A DNA stretch of 61,647 bases, filler included, from Choristocarpus tenellus KU-1152 (taxonomy: Eukaryota > Protista > Phaeophyceae), in NCBI GenBank assembly GCA_964200185.2. It is 10 parts of 10 records of this genome, joined end to end, with 100 filler letters (N's around TTAATTAATTAA, not from the genome) between each part and the next. Parts side by side here need not be neighbours in the genome. Positions count along the whole stretch, not along the records: positions 22,454 to 27,236 come from CAXNAD020013077.1; positions 27,337 to 42,734 come from CAXNAD020001006.1; 8 more parts are not named here. One strand, given 5' to 3'. The position numbers were made by a program, and so were the translations under genes. This document shows, in pieces, positions 25,801 through 39,656 of this stretch. Under the pieces are notes generated by a model. The model did no database searches, had not been told where the DNA came from, and saw nothing but the letters and a program-made list of their open reading frames with translations. Each line of letters begins with the position of its first letter. The first letter of the stretch is position 1.

Positions 25801-27056
25801 AATATTCACCCTCTCTCTCACTGCATGCTCCCTGAACGCATTCGTGAAACCTCACGCCTGGTAACAAAGTAACATTCATACATCCATACCATTGGTGTCC
25901 TCGTGCTCATGTATTTCACCTTCACAGACGATGAAGCCATCCAGAGAGTGAAACACGAGCAAGCGTGTCTGTGCGACTTCTCCAAAAGACAGGGGAACGA
26001 GAGTTCGACCTCCCGGTCCATTGGCTTCCCACTGATGACAATGTCGCTGGAACTAGCACCAGCGACGTTGAAGACAACGACCAGGGCGAACGTTCGGGTG
26101 GGGAGGATAATCTCGTTGATAGTGACAATGATCTCGGCGGGCTCGAGGAAACACACTCTTCCTCATCGGACAGTGATAAGGAAGAACCTGGCTCCCGTCG
26201 ACGGGGTTGCCTTCGTACTCCTTCAACATCGTGGAACCATGGAAACCTGTTCTCGGTGCAGGAAGGCAGGTTTGCCTTTTTTGTGGCAACGGAGGCGCCG
26301 CTCTTGGCCGGCAAGATCCTAGCGGAACGCATTGACGAGGATGGGGAGTGTGGGGTGGATATTCACTGGCTTCGGCCGACCAGTGATCACACACGTGACA
26401 ACGCCGCAACCCTAACCCTTGAGAAATATGGCAAAAGTAGTTTTGTAGAAAGCTTGGTGCACGGTGGCGATAGATCCGGGCGAGGTGGGAAACTTAAGAG
26501 AGTTAAGGACGTTAACTGGGAACCCGTGGCGGGTATTGTTTGGACTTGTGATAAACTTGTTGGGAACGGCAAGAAGATTCCTACCAAAGTCTTAACAGTT
26601 CTACGATCCGCGATCGAGTTGAGGGAGAGGGGGGATTTTGTGGGAGAAGGAGGCGGTACTACATTGGAGGGACGAGGAGAGGATAGGGGGGGGGATAATG
26701 GGGACGAAAGGAAAGACAACACCGGCGACGGCAAGGAGGAGGGTGAGGAGGAAGATGAAGAGGAGGAGGAGGACGTGGGGCAGCAGAAGGAAGACAAGGG
26801 CAACGAGGACGATTACGATAAGGAGAACATCGGTACGGGGCAGGGTAGAGGGGCCTCTGCCAGTGTAGGCCCATGTACTGGGGTGCCCTTGCATACGTCC
26901 ATCCAAGGACGCATCCTTCAAGCGTCTACAGGACGGAGCCGTACGGCGACACGGAAGAGACCTTTTGCTCCTACTACGCAAACGCTGCAGGCAAACACGC
27001 GGGTTAGGTCTACTCTAAGTCACTTTCGGCCCGGTTCTGACGCTGGGGAAATGTAG
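22845..27056 (+). pseudogene. Intron-containing DUF7869 / Sola1-like DDD transposase, frameshifted, 5' partial
   Basis: Exons 22845-23102, 23571-23734, 23939-24028, 24232-24344, 24596-24741, 25122-25557 and 25928-27056. Motifs FMKCDIC, SIDAANQ..LP, QVDNCVSENNN and FMMVGYTHIKIDQIFSR resemble the family motifs F..C..C, IDG.DQ..LP, QLDN...ENKN and GHTHEDIDQ.FS. Frame breaks near 24021, 25130 and 25965. Confidence 0.8.
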
Positions 27057-27436
27057 AGACGTTTAATTAGCAAGTATTTGGCAGATTTTCGTGTTAGTAG
27101 AGTATATCTCGTAGGCGTCTTGAAGAATGGGCGGTGTTTATTGAGAGCCGAGTACGCATTTTTGTTGTGGTGAATTTTAATCACTACCTTCTGCGATGGC
27201 GGCGACAACATGTTGTGTTTAGCTTAATACATGATGNNNNNNNNNNNNNNNNNNNNNNNNNNNNNNNNNNNNNNNNNNNNTTAATTAATTAANNNNNNNN
27301 NNNNNNNNNNNNNNNNNNNNNNNNNNNNNNNNNNNNCTCTTTAAGTACTATAAGTAGATGATAGGCACCTGATAAGATAGATGAAATTGTACATGTGATA
27401 GTTATGGTGTGTGACACAAATAATAATAATAATAAC

Positions 27437-27476
<40 letters not shown>

Positions 27477-27490
27477 TCAATAATTGTCAG

Positions 27491-28077
27491 GGTGTTCTTT
27501 CACTACCTGGGTATGGAGGAGCAACAGAAGCACTTCCGGTTTGCCTATGTTTGGAATGAGGTTGTGGATACCATGCGCCAAGAGGTGGGGATGGTACTAA
27601 TACTCCATACTGTTCTGGGATAATGTTGTATCAACTATACTATGAACTAGTGTTGTGTATTGTGTATTGTGTATTATGCATGGTTTATTTTCTACAGACC
27701 TGGTGAAGTCAAAGAAGTTACCTGTATTGCTGTGTTGGTTTGATTCTCTTGCTATGGGATATTAGTAGTGTGTGTGTTTGGACTATTAATAATGCTAGCT
27801 AGTTTGTGTTTCATTAGTTATGGATGGTACTGTGGTAAGACTATATTAGTAGTACTGTAGTAATAGTGAGTACCTGATACTGCACTTTGGAATGTCTAGA
27901 TAACAGTTCTTGTCCAGGTACTCTAGGGGACTTGTGGCAAGGAGGTTAGCATGGTGGCACCAGATATTTGATACTTGGTACTTGATACTTGACCAGATAC
28001 AGTAGTTACTATTTTAGCAAGGTGTGCACTTTTCATCATAGTAATACCAATCAATCACTGACGACTTTTATTAACAT

Positions 28078-28109
<32 letters not shown>

Positions 28110-31100
28110 TTAGATGGTTAGTACACCATTTTTGTCATAAATCACAGAGTTAAAAACATCAAAGCACACCACAGTGATTGAAGTAAGATAAGATAAAGTG
28201 TGATGCACAGGATTTAATCCAACGTAAAATCAGTTAATAATGCCATATTCACCCCAAAAGTGGTGCTTGATATATTTTTCTCCTTTTTTGTATTTCTTAC
28301 TTGTGATACTTGTAATACTTGTAATACTTGTATGGCGTATTACTATGGTTTCTTTGTGTGATTATGTGATCTCTCCCTCAACACTTCTTGCTTCACTTTT
28401 CTGTCAATGCTGATTTTCAAACGCACTTGTATGTAACCTGCCTTATCTCCTTAGTCCTGTAAGAATAGAGCTCTTAAGAACAGCACACTGCCTACATTTG
28501 ATTGGTGTGAACATTGCACATCTGACATCTGACATCTGACATCTGATACGTGACATGTGATATGTGACATTGTGTCTTCCTATCTGGTGTGTTTGATTCT
28601 TTGTCATTCTTCGTCTGGAGATATTGTTCTGTCTGTTGGCAGCATTGGACATATTTTGTTTAAGCCCTTCTGGCTAACGTACAGCTTGTCAATGAAACCT
28701 AGTCTAACCTTTTGATTACAATATACTGTACTGTAATATACTGTACTATACTCCTTCCTATTTGTACTACCATTTTGTGGCTGCTACAAGTACATGTCTA
28801 TATTAATAACTGTATTGTAATATAGTATTACAAAAATAGCAGCTGGTTCTCTCCTGATTGTACACCACTAGGTCAGTATTATGCAATACACGTCCTTGTT
28901 TGGGACTGTCCAGGCAAACACGATCATGGATTGTTGATACTAGTGTGTGCTATTCATAGGCAATAGTTATTCCTAGAGTGTAGTCCACATGAGGTCAGGG
29001 GCACACTGAAACAGTGTACTATTTATTGCAGGACCCCCTGCACAATGATTCTTATTAATACCAAAATGTATACTTTTCTTAATGTTATTGTACAAAGTAT
29101 CTAGGCAGTACCCATACATTGTTTAATACTGTTGACTGTGATATTTTGTACTATACTTACTATACTATACTATAATGTGCTGCAATGTCCATTCCGTTTT
29201 TTCCTTTTGTGGTGGGTGTCCCAGGACATTATTGATGACAAGGAGATGTCAGGTCTGAAGTACTTTGTTGTCTCTCTCCATCGCCCCAACAGTGTACTTG
29301 CCCTCCTGCCAGGCTTTCTGGTGTCTGGGAAGATTCAGGTACTCTGCTTACAAAAGAAAGTGTTCTTGTTCTTCTTCTTACAGAATAATAATATTAATAG
29401 TAGTAGTAGTAGTAGTAGTACAATGTTAGGGTTGGACAGTCACAAAATATGCACCTTTTTTGATGTTGATAGCAATAGATGGTCTGCTTGTGGGCAATAT
29501 CATAAATAATATTGTCGTGGTATTTTTATTGGTGGTGGTGATATCTTATATCTTGATATCTCATCTTGATATCTCATCTTGATATCTCATCTTGATAATT
29601 GTGTCTTTCAGGGTACAGTGACCCAAGCCAATGACTTCGCACGGCAAAATGATGACTTGATCAAGGAGCTGATTGCCATGGATGTTTGGGGAGATGAGGA
29701 TCGCTTAGGCAACAACAGGTACCTGCATACTATGGTACATCATCATCATTATTGCTGTAATTGTTACTTTTATAGTACTCTTCCATATACAGTGTATCAT
29801 AACTTGAAGTGAATATTAACTTGTATCACCAGATGCTTCATTGTTTTAGCTATTGATCGGCATGTACTGCAACGTTCATGTTTTAATTAATGTGTTTTAA
29901 TTAATGTGTTTTAGTTAATGTGTTTTAATTAATGTGTTTTAGTTAATGTGTTTTAATTTATGTTTTAGATGGATGGACTATTATTATTATTATTATTGTA
30001 CAGTAGTCTGCTAGTCTGCCTTGTGGTCTTGACGGTTACTTCTTGTTCCTTGAGTAGAAAGGTTCAGAGAGCTTTCAACCTTGAGGTTAGTTTAATTGAC
30101 GATGATACTATACCATGTGACATATATGTTGATACTAATAACATCAAATAACAATAATAGTAATTCTTATTGTTGACAATGGCACAGAAGTGGGATCTGT
30201 TGGATTGATTTGATTGCTTGAGCACTCTGATCAGATTAAGGTGTTGATTCAATGCACTATGGTACTGTTTATGACCATCACCAAATATAGCTTTATTTGT
30301 ATTAATTGTATTAATTGTATATAGTGCTCTTTATCTGCTCTTTATGTAATGATCTTTGTCAATGATGATCTTTGTATATAGTGAACTTTGTCAATAATGA
30401 TATTTGTATATAGTGATCTTTGTCAATACTGATCTTTGTATAGAGTGATCTTTGTCAATAGTGATCTTTGCCAATACTGATCTTTGTATATAGTGATCTT
30501 TGTCAATAATGATCTTCACAAGAACAAAAAAACATTCATCTCTTTTGTTTTTCATGTAGTTGAAATTGAAATTGATATACCTTATCTGAGGTGCTGTTAA
30601 CCAAATAGTATTGATAGTAAAGCTTATCACGTGTTTGGTAAAGTAGTTCATTGTTGCATAGTATCTTCAATATGTTGTAAATAGGTTAATATAGGTGTTT
30701 GTGTATGTTGTCTTGATATTGTTTGTCACACAAAATCATATCTGTCAATGTCTCTATCACATGTCACCCTCCAATCCTCTTACTATTAGTGTAGTATGTA
30801 GAGTTAGGGCTTAGTATTAATGCAATAATATTGTGTATTTTCAACTACTCCACAAGTATGAGTTATTTGCAATTTTATCACCCTTATTATGAAAAACTAT
30901 CAGACAACCATTCCTAGGGATTGCACATTGTGTCACCAATGCTCCTCTATATTCAGTATCAGTGACCGCTTGATGATATCATTGTTAATTGTTTTGTGGT
31001 GTTTCAGTAGGTCATCATTGTGGTATTACTCTCTAATCATGAGTACTTGTCACATCTTGTCTTTGTTGCTACAATTGTAAGTATTTTAACATACATTTTC

Positions 31101-34100
31101 AGTAAATAACTCAAGTATAGAGTACAATCTATAATAGTAAACATTTATATCATGTGCTTATTTCTTTCTTGTGTTTGACACACACATGTAACATAGACAT
31201 TGAGATGGGGATAGAGGTAAGATAGAGTAATACTAACAACTCAACTCTTGCAGGTATAAAGGCTACCATAGAGCAGGACCCGATTCCAATGGCCGATTGC
31301 ATGACATGGAGGCTGCAAGAGAAAAAGGCAGCTTTGTCCCTTCTCAGCAGATGAAGAAATTGCAGAGAGAACAGAGGAAATTTCTTCGAAGTGTACTGCA
31401 CATCACGGATCCCATCAGGTCAGGTTAATTCTACACTTGTCAGTGAAGGGGTACTACTGCATACCATATATATCAAAATATCCATTGTGAGGACACTTTG
31501 GTAACCTTTGCTAAGAGATGTTTCTGTTAACTAAATTGCAGTACTGTAGGGTGACTGGAGACCTTGCCACTGAGGGGCACTCTGAGGGCGCCTTTTGCTC
31601 AATCTGATTCTAGTCAAGTCCTTTGAATACAGACACATTTTTTGGTTCACAACATGTGATACATGATATATAGTCAAATATGATTGTATGATACATAGTC
31701 AGATATGATTGTATGATGTATAGTCAGATATGATTGTGTGATATATAGGCAGATATGATTTATGATATATAGTCAAATATGATTGTATGATATATAGTCA
31801 GATATGATTATATGATATATATTTAGATATGATTGTATCATTTGCCTTTTTGTAGACATTCTGCACAGATATTGCCAGAAGTGTTAATATTTTGAAATGA
31901 TATAGCTTTCTTATTGGACACCTTGTACTTTTATTTACTTGTGTTTGTGTATTTTTTAATGAACAAGTCAGCATTTTGTGTTCTTTATTGGGCAGTTACA
32001 TCATAATAGCATCATGATAGTATCATAATACCATAATAATATCATAAAAATAAAGTTTTTTCCTTTTGAAGGTTGATATGATCAAACTGATGGTGTCATG
32101 TCATGTCATGTCAGGGAAGTGGCCTTTCTCCATCTGTTTCTGTCTCTGTTCTTCCTGATGGAGCACCTCTGTGAAGACAAGGGTATTTGTCAGGGTTTGT
32201 GGGAGGTGTATGAATATGTCAACAGTGCAGCAGCTGCAGTCGGAAGGGAAGGTGTTGAAGAGTCAGCCATTGAGATGTAAGATAGTATGTTAACCTTTGA
32301 GATGTAAGATATTATGTTAACCATTGAGATGTAAGATATTATGTTAACCATTGAGATGTAAGATAGTATGTTAACCATTGAGATGTGAGATAGCACATTA
32401 ACCATTGATGGCATATTGACAACATATGTATTGTAAGCTTGTGCAGTAAGTGTTAGAGTGTGATGCCTGTTTTTTTTAATGCATTGGTTTAGGGTTGGGG
32501 TTAGTAGCTTGATTGGTGAAATTTTATTGGTGCACTATCTTTGCTGTATAATCAATGCTTAGTACAACACTATTAGTACTATTTATAGTATTAATTTATG
32601 AAGATATTTTTTTAATCAGTTTTATTATTATTAGAATGGAGGTTCTGTAGTGTCTGTCATGTTCCACTTTTTTCTTCACTGTGACAACAAGTTCAAAATG
32701 CCAATATGTAGACAAAAACCTACTACTGGTACACACACAGTAGTTCAACAAAAAAGTATTGATACACTTGATATAATTGATGAGTGATGAGTGATTGATT
32801 GTACTGTAGTGTAGTGTTGGTTAGTGCTGGTTAGTGTTGGGTAAATTGACGCCAATTCTGTGACACCTGTTATTATTGTTATTATTTGTGGTTATAAATG
32901 GCAGGCTACTTGGTGCCAACCCCAATCGTGTGATATTCCTGTTGCACAAGTGGCCTGACTTAATCAATGCACTAGAGAAGGTTGTGGATACCATTCTCAA
33001 AGGGAACTATCAAGGGGTGAAGAAATGCATGGTGAGTGGAGCGGCTCAGTTGACACACAGGTAGACAAAAACTTATGTGATGTGATGTAATGTAATGTAA
33101 TGTGATGTGATGTGATATGACACACCAGGTCCCTATATATCTTTGAGAATGTATTATGTAAGAACCATGTCCTGGTCGCAACCCAAGCCTTTTTTATTTA
33201 TTTTATCCCGACTCAAGACAAACCATAGTGAGGAAAACTGAACAAAAACCATTTAGCTCTGCTGCTGTTGTGTGTTTGAACCCCATGTTGTTAGTTGGAT
33301 GGAGATATGTTGGTTTAGAGATTAGGGTTTAGGGTTAGGGTTAGGGTTACAATTTAATTGGTAGTTGTTGTAATATATTTAGGGTTAGGGTTAGGGTTAC
33401 AATTTAATTGGTAGTTGTTGTAATATACTAGAAGTAAAATTAATTGGACTATGTCGTATTATTATTGTCATTAATGTTGTTATTAATGTTGTTATTGTTA
33501 ATATTATTATTGTTATTGGTAATAGCTGTACCAATTTGGTGTTTAACCTTGTGATAGATCGAGTAGCTGTTCTTTTCTGTTGACATGTTTGCATTACTTA
33601 CTGCTATAATGCATTTATTTTATTTTATTTATTCAACTTGTTTGTTTGTTTGTTTGTTTGTTCAGGATAAGTTATGCCAGACATTGGTGGAGTTCATTGA
33701 CCCCACCGGTGGGACTAATCTCAAAGGGAGTAAGTATGGACAACTCTTTCACAACCTCAAGTTGCTACAGACAGCGTGAGAGCTCTTGACTATATATGTA
33801 GATATAGTAGGTATAATGATAGTAATGTATTAATACAAGTAACTGCCCTTTCTGGCTATCAATGTTATCAAATCCTTCTCACTAATGTTGTTTGTATATC
33901 TAGAAATAGTATTAATAACTTGCAATGCTTTGGTGCTTTTGTTTGAGTGTTCATGACCTGAATAATGTTTCACCTAGTTGTATAGTATAGTACACTTTAA
34001 GTGCGAAAATCTCATCTGTTCAACTCGCTCTTTGAAGTCAATTGTACTAATATAATATTATTGATAATATTATTGATAATATTAACAATAACAATAATGC

Positions 34101-35499
34101 AGTGTATAGAGTATTATCTTTTGTTAATATGGTGTATGACAATAGGGTTAGAGTTAGGGTTAGCTGTATTTAGTGATATATAGTGATCGTACATATTCTT
34201 GCTCACCTTTTCAATGCAGCCTTGAATCCTGGCCAAAGTCTGGTAAGATCAATGCAGAGGACGTCAGCATGATGCACAAGGACAACTATGAGTTCCTTCA
34301 GCGGTTTTACCATCTCATCACCAGTACAAACAGGTAAGCACATCTCAATACTCTTTTTTATTGTAATTAAAGCATTATATACTATATTATATAATAGTAA
34401 TTACAATTAATATTAGTATATACTCTGCTATTCTGTACATTTCTACACATCATGTAGGAGTATCAGTCATTAAACATGTATCATGTATATTAACCTGTAT
34501 ATCTAGGTATGTTAACCTGCATATCTACGAATATTCTTGTTCCACAGTATGTGCTATCACCATTGATAATCATAATGCAATGTAGTAGCTTTAGGTACTC
34601 CTGTTCTATGTTGTATTTTTCTTGGAGGGGTTGTGCAGTACTTTAGTCATACCATATAATTTATCATCTTCTTCTTGGTATATCTGGTTATAAATGTATT
34701 ATATTATAAATGTATTATATTATAAATTTACACATTGTGGTATTAACCTGTGTACTATATTATATTTTATTTGTATTCATTTTTATTTTACCTACAAATT
34801 ATATTGGATGTACTTGTGTCGGTGATGGCCATGTGGTGATGGCCATGTACAATAATAGGCAATTTAGAGTAGAAATGAGTGCTATTGTTGACTTATTCTA
34901 TTCTGTGTATGTTGTTAATTCTGTAATTCACATGTATGTTTTGGCTACACATCTTGTACACAATATAATTTGTTTATACTCTGACGTTGACAGGCCAGGA
35001 CATGTCGGCAGTTGGGAGGGGCAGCGGCGAATAGCCTTTTTTGTGAACTCCATGTACATGGCACAGCCTCAGGTGTTGTACATCATTTAATCCACACCAC
35101 ACAGGGGTTTGTTATATTTTGTACCATGGGTATAGTACAGTAGTGCTTTACTTGTGAATAATGCTTTTAAAATCTTTTAACATCATTTATTATTGATTGT
35201 ACATGTTGATTTCTTTATTGCCCTGCCAAGAATGAGGGTGTGTCAGTAGCAGTTGATTGAATATTTCTTCACAGATGTTCATTGATGTTGTACAGTTACT
35301 TGCCTGATGGTCATTTTGAAACCAAGGTTTCATTATTTTAATGAGTATGAATGGCAGCTTTGTAGGTGTTTATGAGCGTAGTTCAGCCCAAAGTATACCT
35401 ATACCTATACCTATACCTATCTTCTCTTTTCTTAGCCGACCTCTATATCAAGAGTGCATGTCTGCTGCTGGCACAGACTAGATAGGTAGTGTTCTTCTT

Positions 35500-35530
<31 letters not shown>

Positions 35531-38500
35531 TTATTATTATTATTATTATACTTCTCTGAAAACAAAGAAAAAATATTGAGCTCGACGGTCTTCTTAATCT
35601 AGACAGACTCTTCAAGACTATTTCATGATGCCATGCATTATCATACCTCACATTATCATACCTCACTGGTCTGCCAGAAGCAAGTGAAATTAATATGATT
35701 GAAGTGAAACGAATATGATTGAAGTGAAATGAATATGATTGAAGTGAAACGAATACGATTGAAGTGAAATGAATATGATTGAAGTGAAACGAATACGATT
35801 GAAGTGAAATGAATATGATTAAAGTGAAATGAATATGATTGAAGTGATATGAATACGATTGAAGTGAAATGAATATATGATTGAAGTCATAGATGAACCT
35901 CTGACATTTGATTGAGATGTCACTTGTGAGCACTTGGTACTCTCTGGTCCATGAGTTATATTATCTTGTTACTATTGGCACTACTTTGTTACATGTGTTG
36001 TGGATTTTGCAGCTCAGTTTCTCTTCTGTATTGGTATTTTTTAATATTATATTATTGATACTATTGATTTATTTTGGTGCAATGCTATACTGTCCTCCAT
36101 GAAATGTGGCTTAACACTGTATGTTGATCAGATTTAGATACACCTACCAATTCAAAACCTTTATGTTCTTCCTCTGACAGGTCAGTCGAGTTGAGACCAT
36201 GCCGGCATTCAGCACTCTCACTCCCTACTACTCAGAGGAGGTAGGAACAGCCTTGCCTTTTGAGACCAGTTTGGGGACATACACATTGGCCATTCACATT
36301 GGCAATTCACATTGCCCATGAGTACACAATAGAACAAACTGTCACTTGTAGATATCGTTATCGCTATTATTATTTTCATTTCTAGAATTAGTGTAATTCA
36401 TTTTTTAACACAATAATGAAGCAACAGTACAATAATAGTGTCTGAGATTTTGGTACCAGCCAGTGTGAATATACCTCTTTTGTTGTGTTGTGATTTGTTT
36501 GGAACCATAACTGTAAACATAGAATAGAATATTTACATCATGATCAATGCACAGGACAGGCAACAGGTGCACTTATTCCAACCATTTCAAGTCTTCCACT
36601 TTGTGCTGTAACACATTACTAGTCTATTATTAGTCTATCACAATTGACTAGATTGGGTATACCTTCTATTAGGTTATTACTTGGAAAAAAAATAGGATTA
36701 CTATCCAATCTTTTTGAACACTTCAGTTTGGTGTTATCATGGGTCGCTCAAATTATTACCATCACACCACAAAGTAAATTATCCAAAAAATGTTGTCCTT
36801 CTCTGCACTTCATTGGGCAACTATTTCATTATCATTGTATATTTTTATTATTATCATACTATGGTCTGTACTTTCTCACCCACCCTGGTCATATTCAAAT
36901 CCCCAAACAACCAGTGCATGTAGTATGTGTCTTACGTGTCTTATGTGTCTTATGTGTCTTATGTGTCTTATGTGGTGTGACTGTCATACTTCCGATGTAT
37001 CTGAGAAATACTTGAGATACTATGTGTTGTGGATATATTCCTAATTTGGTACACATCAAAATGTGATGCAGGTGATCCTGTCACTTCACACCCTATGTGC
37101 ACGTACGCCAGATGGAGTGACTACCCTTGAATATCTACAGACACTCTTTCCTCAACAGTGGGCGGTGAGTGATCTAGTACTTGGACTTGGACTTGGACTT
37201 CATTTTGTCATCTTGTCAGATGAACTCAAGGTTGTTCCTTTGTCTGAAATTGTTTTCATATATAAAGTCTGTTGACGTTGTACTATAAATGGTAGTTGTG
37301 ACACCTCTTGTGAAAGTGTATATAGGCTAATGTAATAGAAGCAGTATTGGAGCTCATTCCATTGAGAATAGTTGTGTTATAATTTCCTAGTTGAGGTACC
37401 ATTGCATTACTATCACTAGGTATACAACAATTGCCAGTGAGTCAAAGTAACTACCCCTCAAAAGTATCGTTCTTGATCTCAGCAATCACATGCTGCTTGT
37501 GTGATTCTCTTCAACTATTATTATGCAATGTGTTGATGTAAAGCATCATTCCAATATTGTCCTCCTGTGTGATGTCTGATGTCCTTTTTCATATGTTGTA
37601 TTGTTGTGTTGTATGCTAGTCACTGGTGGAGAGAATGAGGCGTACCTTTCCATCAATAGACTTTGCTTACTACGCATACAGCACCAGTGACTTCAACATT
37701 CTTAACTCCATGGATCCACGCGCTCAGCATGAGCTACAGGTGACACTTAGGGTTAGGGTTAGGGTTATCTGAACCTTGCTTGATAGTTAAAAAATATATA
37801 TTAATTTAATGTTTACCAAGTATTTCTCACCCTTCACCCATGGTATTATTGCAATTATGTTGTTATTGCATTGCTATTGAAGGGATTACTTTTATTTCTG
37901 GGGACATGTCTGGTGTGATTCTGACATTATACAATGACCTGGTAGGATTTCTACTGTTTGATATTTGTTCCTTTCTCATTGTGCACTCGCTACCTTCTGC
38001 TTTGTACTCACATATACTTTAATAACTAATGACTAATGACTAGTAACTATCTATTCTATACACTCAATGACACTTTTGCCTGGAACAGCTGTGGGCTTCA
38101 TATCGGGCACAAACACTTGCACGTACAGTCCGTGGTATGATGTACTATCAACAAGCCATTCAACTACTGGCAGTGGTGAGAGTGCTTCATATACCAGTAT
38201 GTTCAGTATGGTAGTATGATAGTATGTCAGTATGATAGTATGTGTCTTGACAAGTGTTTTAACTGGCAACTGCCACACCACAGTAAATACAAAAAATATC
38301 ACTAGGGGTGTAGTTTGAAAACGATGCTATTATTGCTAGTATCTCATAGCACAATATACTGGGGTCTCAGTTGTCTTTATATCATCTACTTGAACAGTTT
38401 TGGTATTACGAGGTGATTCAAGGTGTTCGAGGTGATTCAAGGTGTTTAGTTGGATGTGATGTATGTCATGTATGTGATGTCAATATTTATTTTTGAATGT

Positions 38501-39616
38501 ACCACAAGTGTACCCCACACCTCTTTTAAAGTAAAAACAATTTTAATGTTTTATCTTTCTAGTTTGTCCGGAAGTCCTTCCAGCTTGATTATATACATGG
38601 TGGCATTGTATGCAGTATCTGTTTCATGCTTGCAGGGAGTGATCAATAAAAATATTAAGATCTCATGACATGTTTATAGTGGAGGCGTGTTTGGGATAAT
38701 TGGTTTCAAAGTACCCGTATGTTGCCTTTGTTCAACACTTCATATTTATATCAAGGGTTAGGTTTATCTCTATGAATGTCTTGTGAGAGATGTGATACCT
38801 GTATTATGTTTGACCAATTCTTTATTATTGTGTATGGTGACAGGTGGAGACAGAAGACTTCTCAGAGGAGCTGTACAGTAATGTAGAGATGACAGGATCA
38901 TCCATGCGACCTTCAGATAACCCCCTATATGACAAGGATGGTGAGGACTGAAAGTACTTGTCACTACTAATACTAATAGCATAATCTATAATTATTCCAA
39001 GTAAGGTTTATTAAAATAGTAGCAATTTCGCTCTGTTTTGATATTCATACCATTTTTTGTTTTATTTCCTCTCAACTCCTTTACATACTACATACTACAT
39101 ACTACATACTACAAGTGCTGTGAGAGATATAGGACTGTAACCACATACTATGCTAAAAATATTTATCTTGCCTATTTCTACCCTGAACACATGCATTTAT
39201 ACCATCATTTATATCCCCCAAACCATATGGTTATGTGACATATGACATGTGACTGATTAGGTGAGGCACGTTTTGTGTCTGTGCTTCATGGCAAGATCAA
39301 GTACAGTGCTGCCAGTATGGAGATATCTAATTCCAAGTTCACCTATTTGGTAAGTATTAATTACGTAAGTATTAATGTCATAAGTATTAATTACACAAGT
39401 ATTACATAGTGAACGATCACACAATAATGCCAATCAATTTATGCAGTACTAGATTTAGTATTAATGGATAGAGTATTGCATTTTAAAGGCATTGTATTGT
39501 GTTCATGTATTTTGTGATGGGTGTATCATGCCATGGGTGCCTTAACATACTGGGCACAAAAAAGAATTAACAGAGTGATCAAAATGTTGGTAAACCGTGG
39601 AAAATAGTTAGCAGAA

Positions 39617-39656
<40 letters not shown>

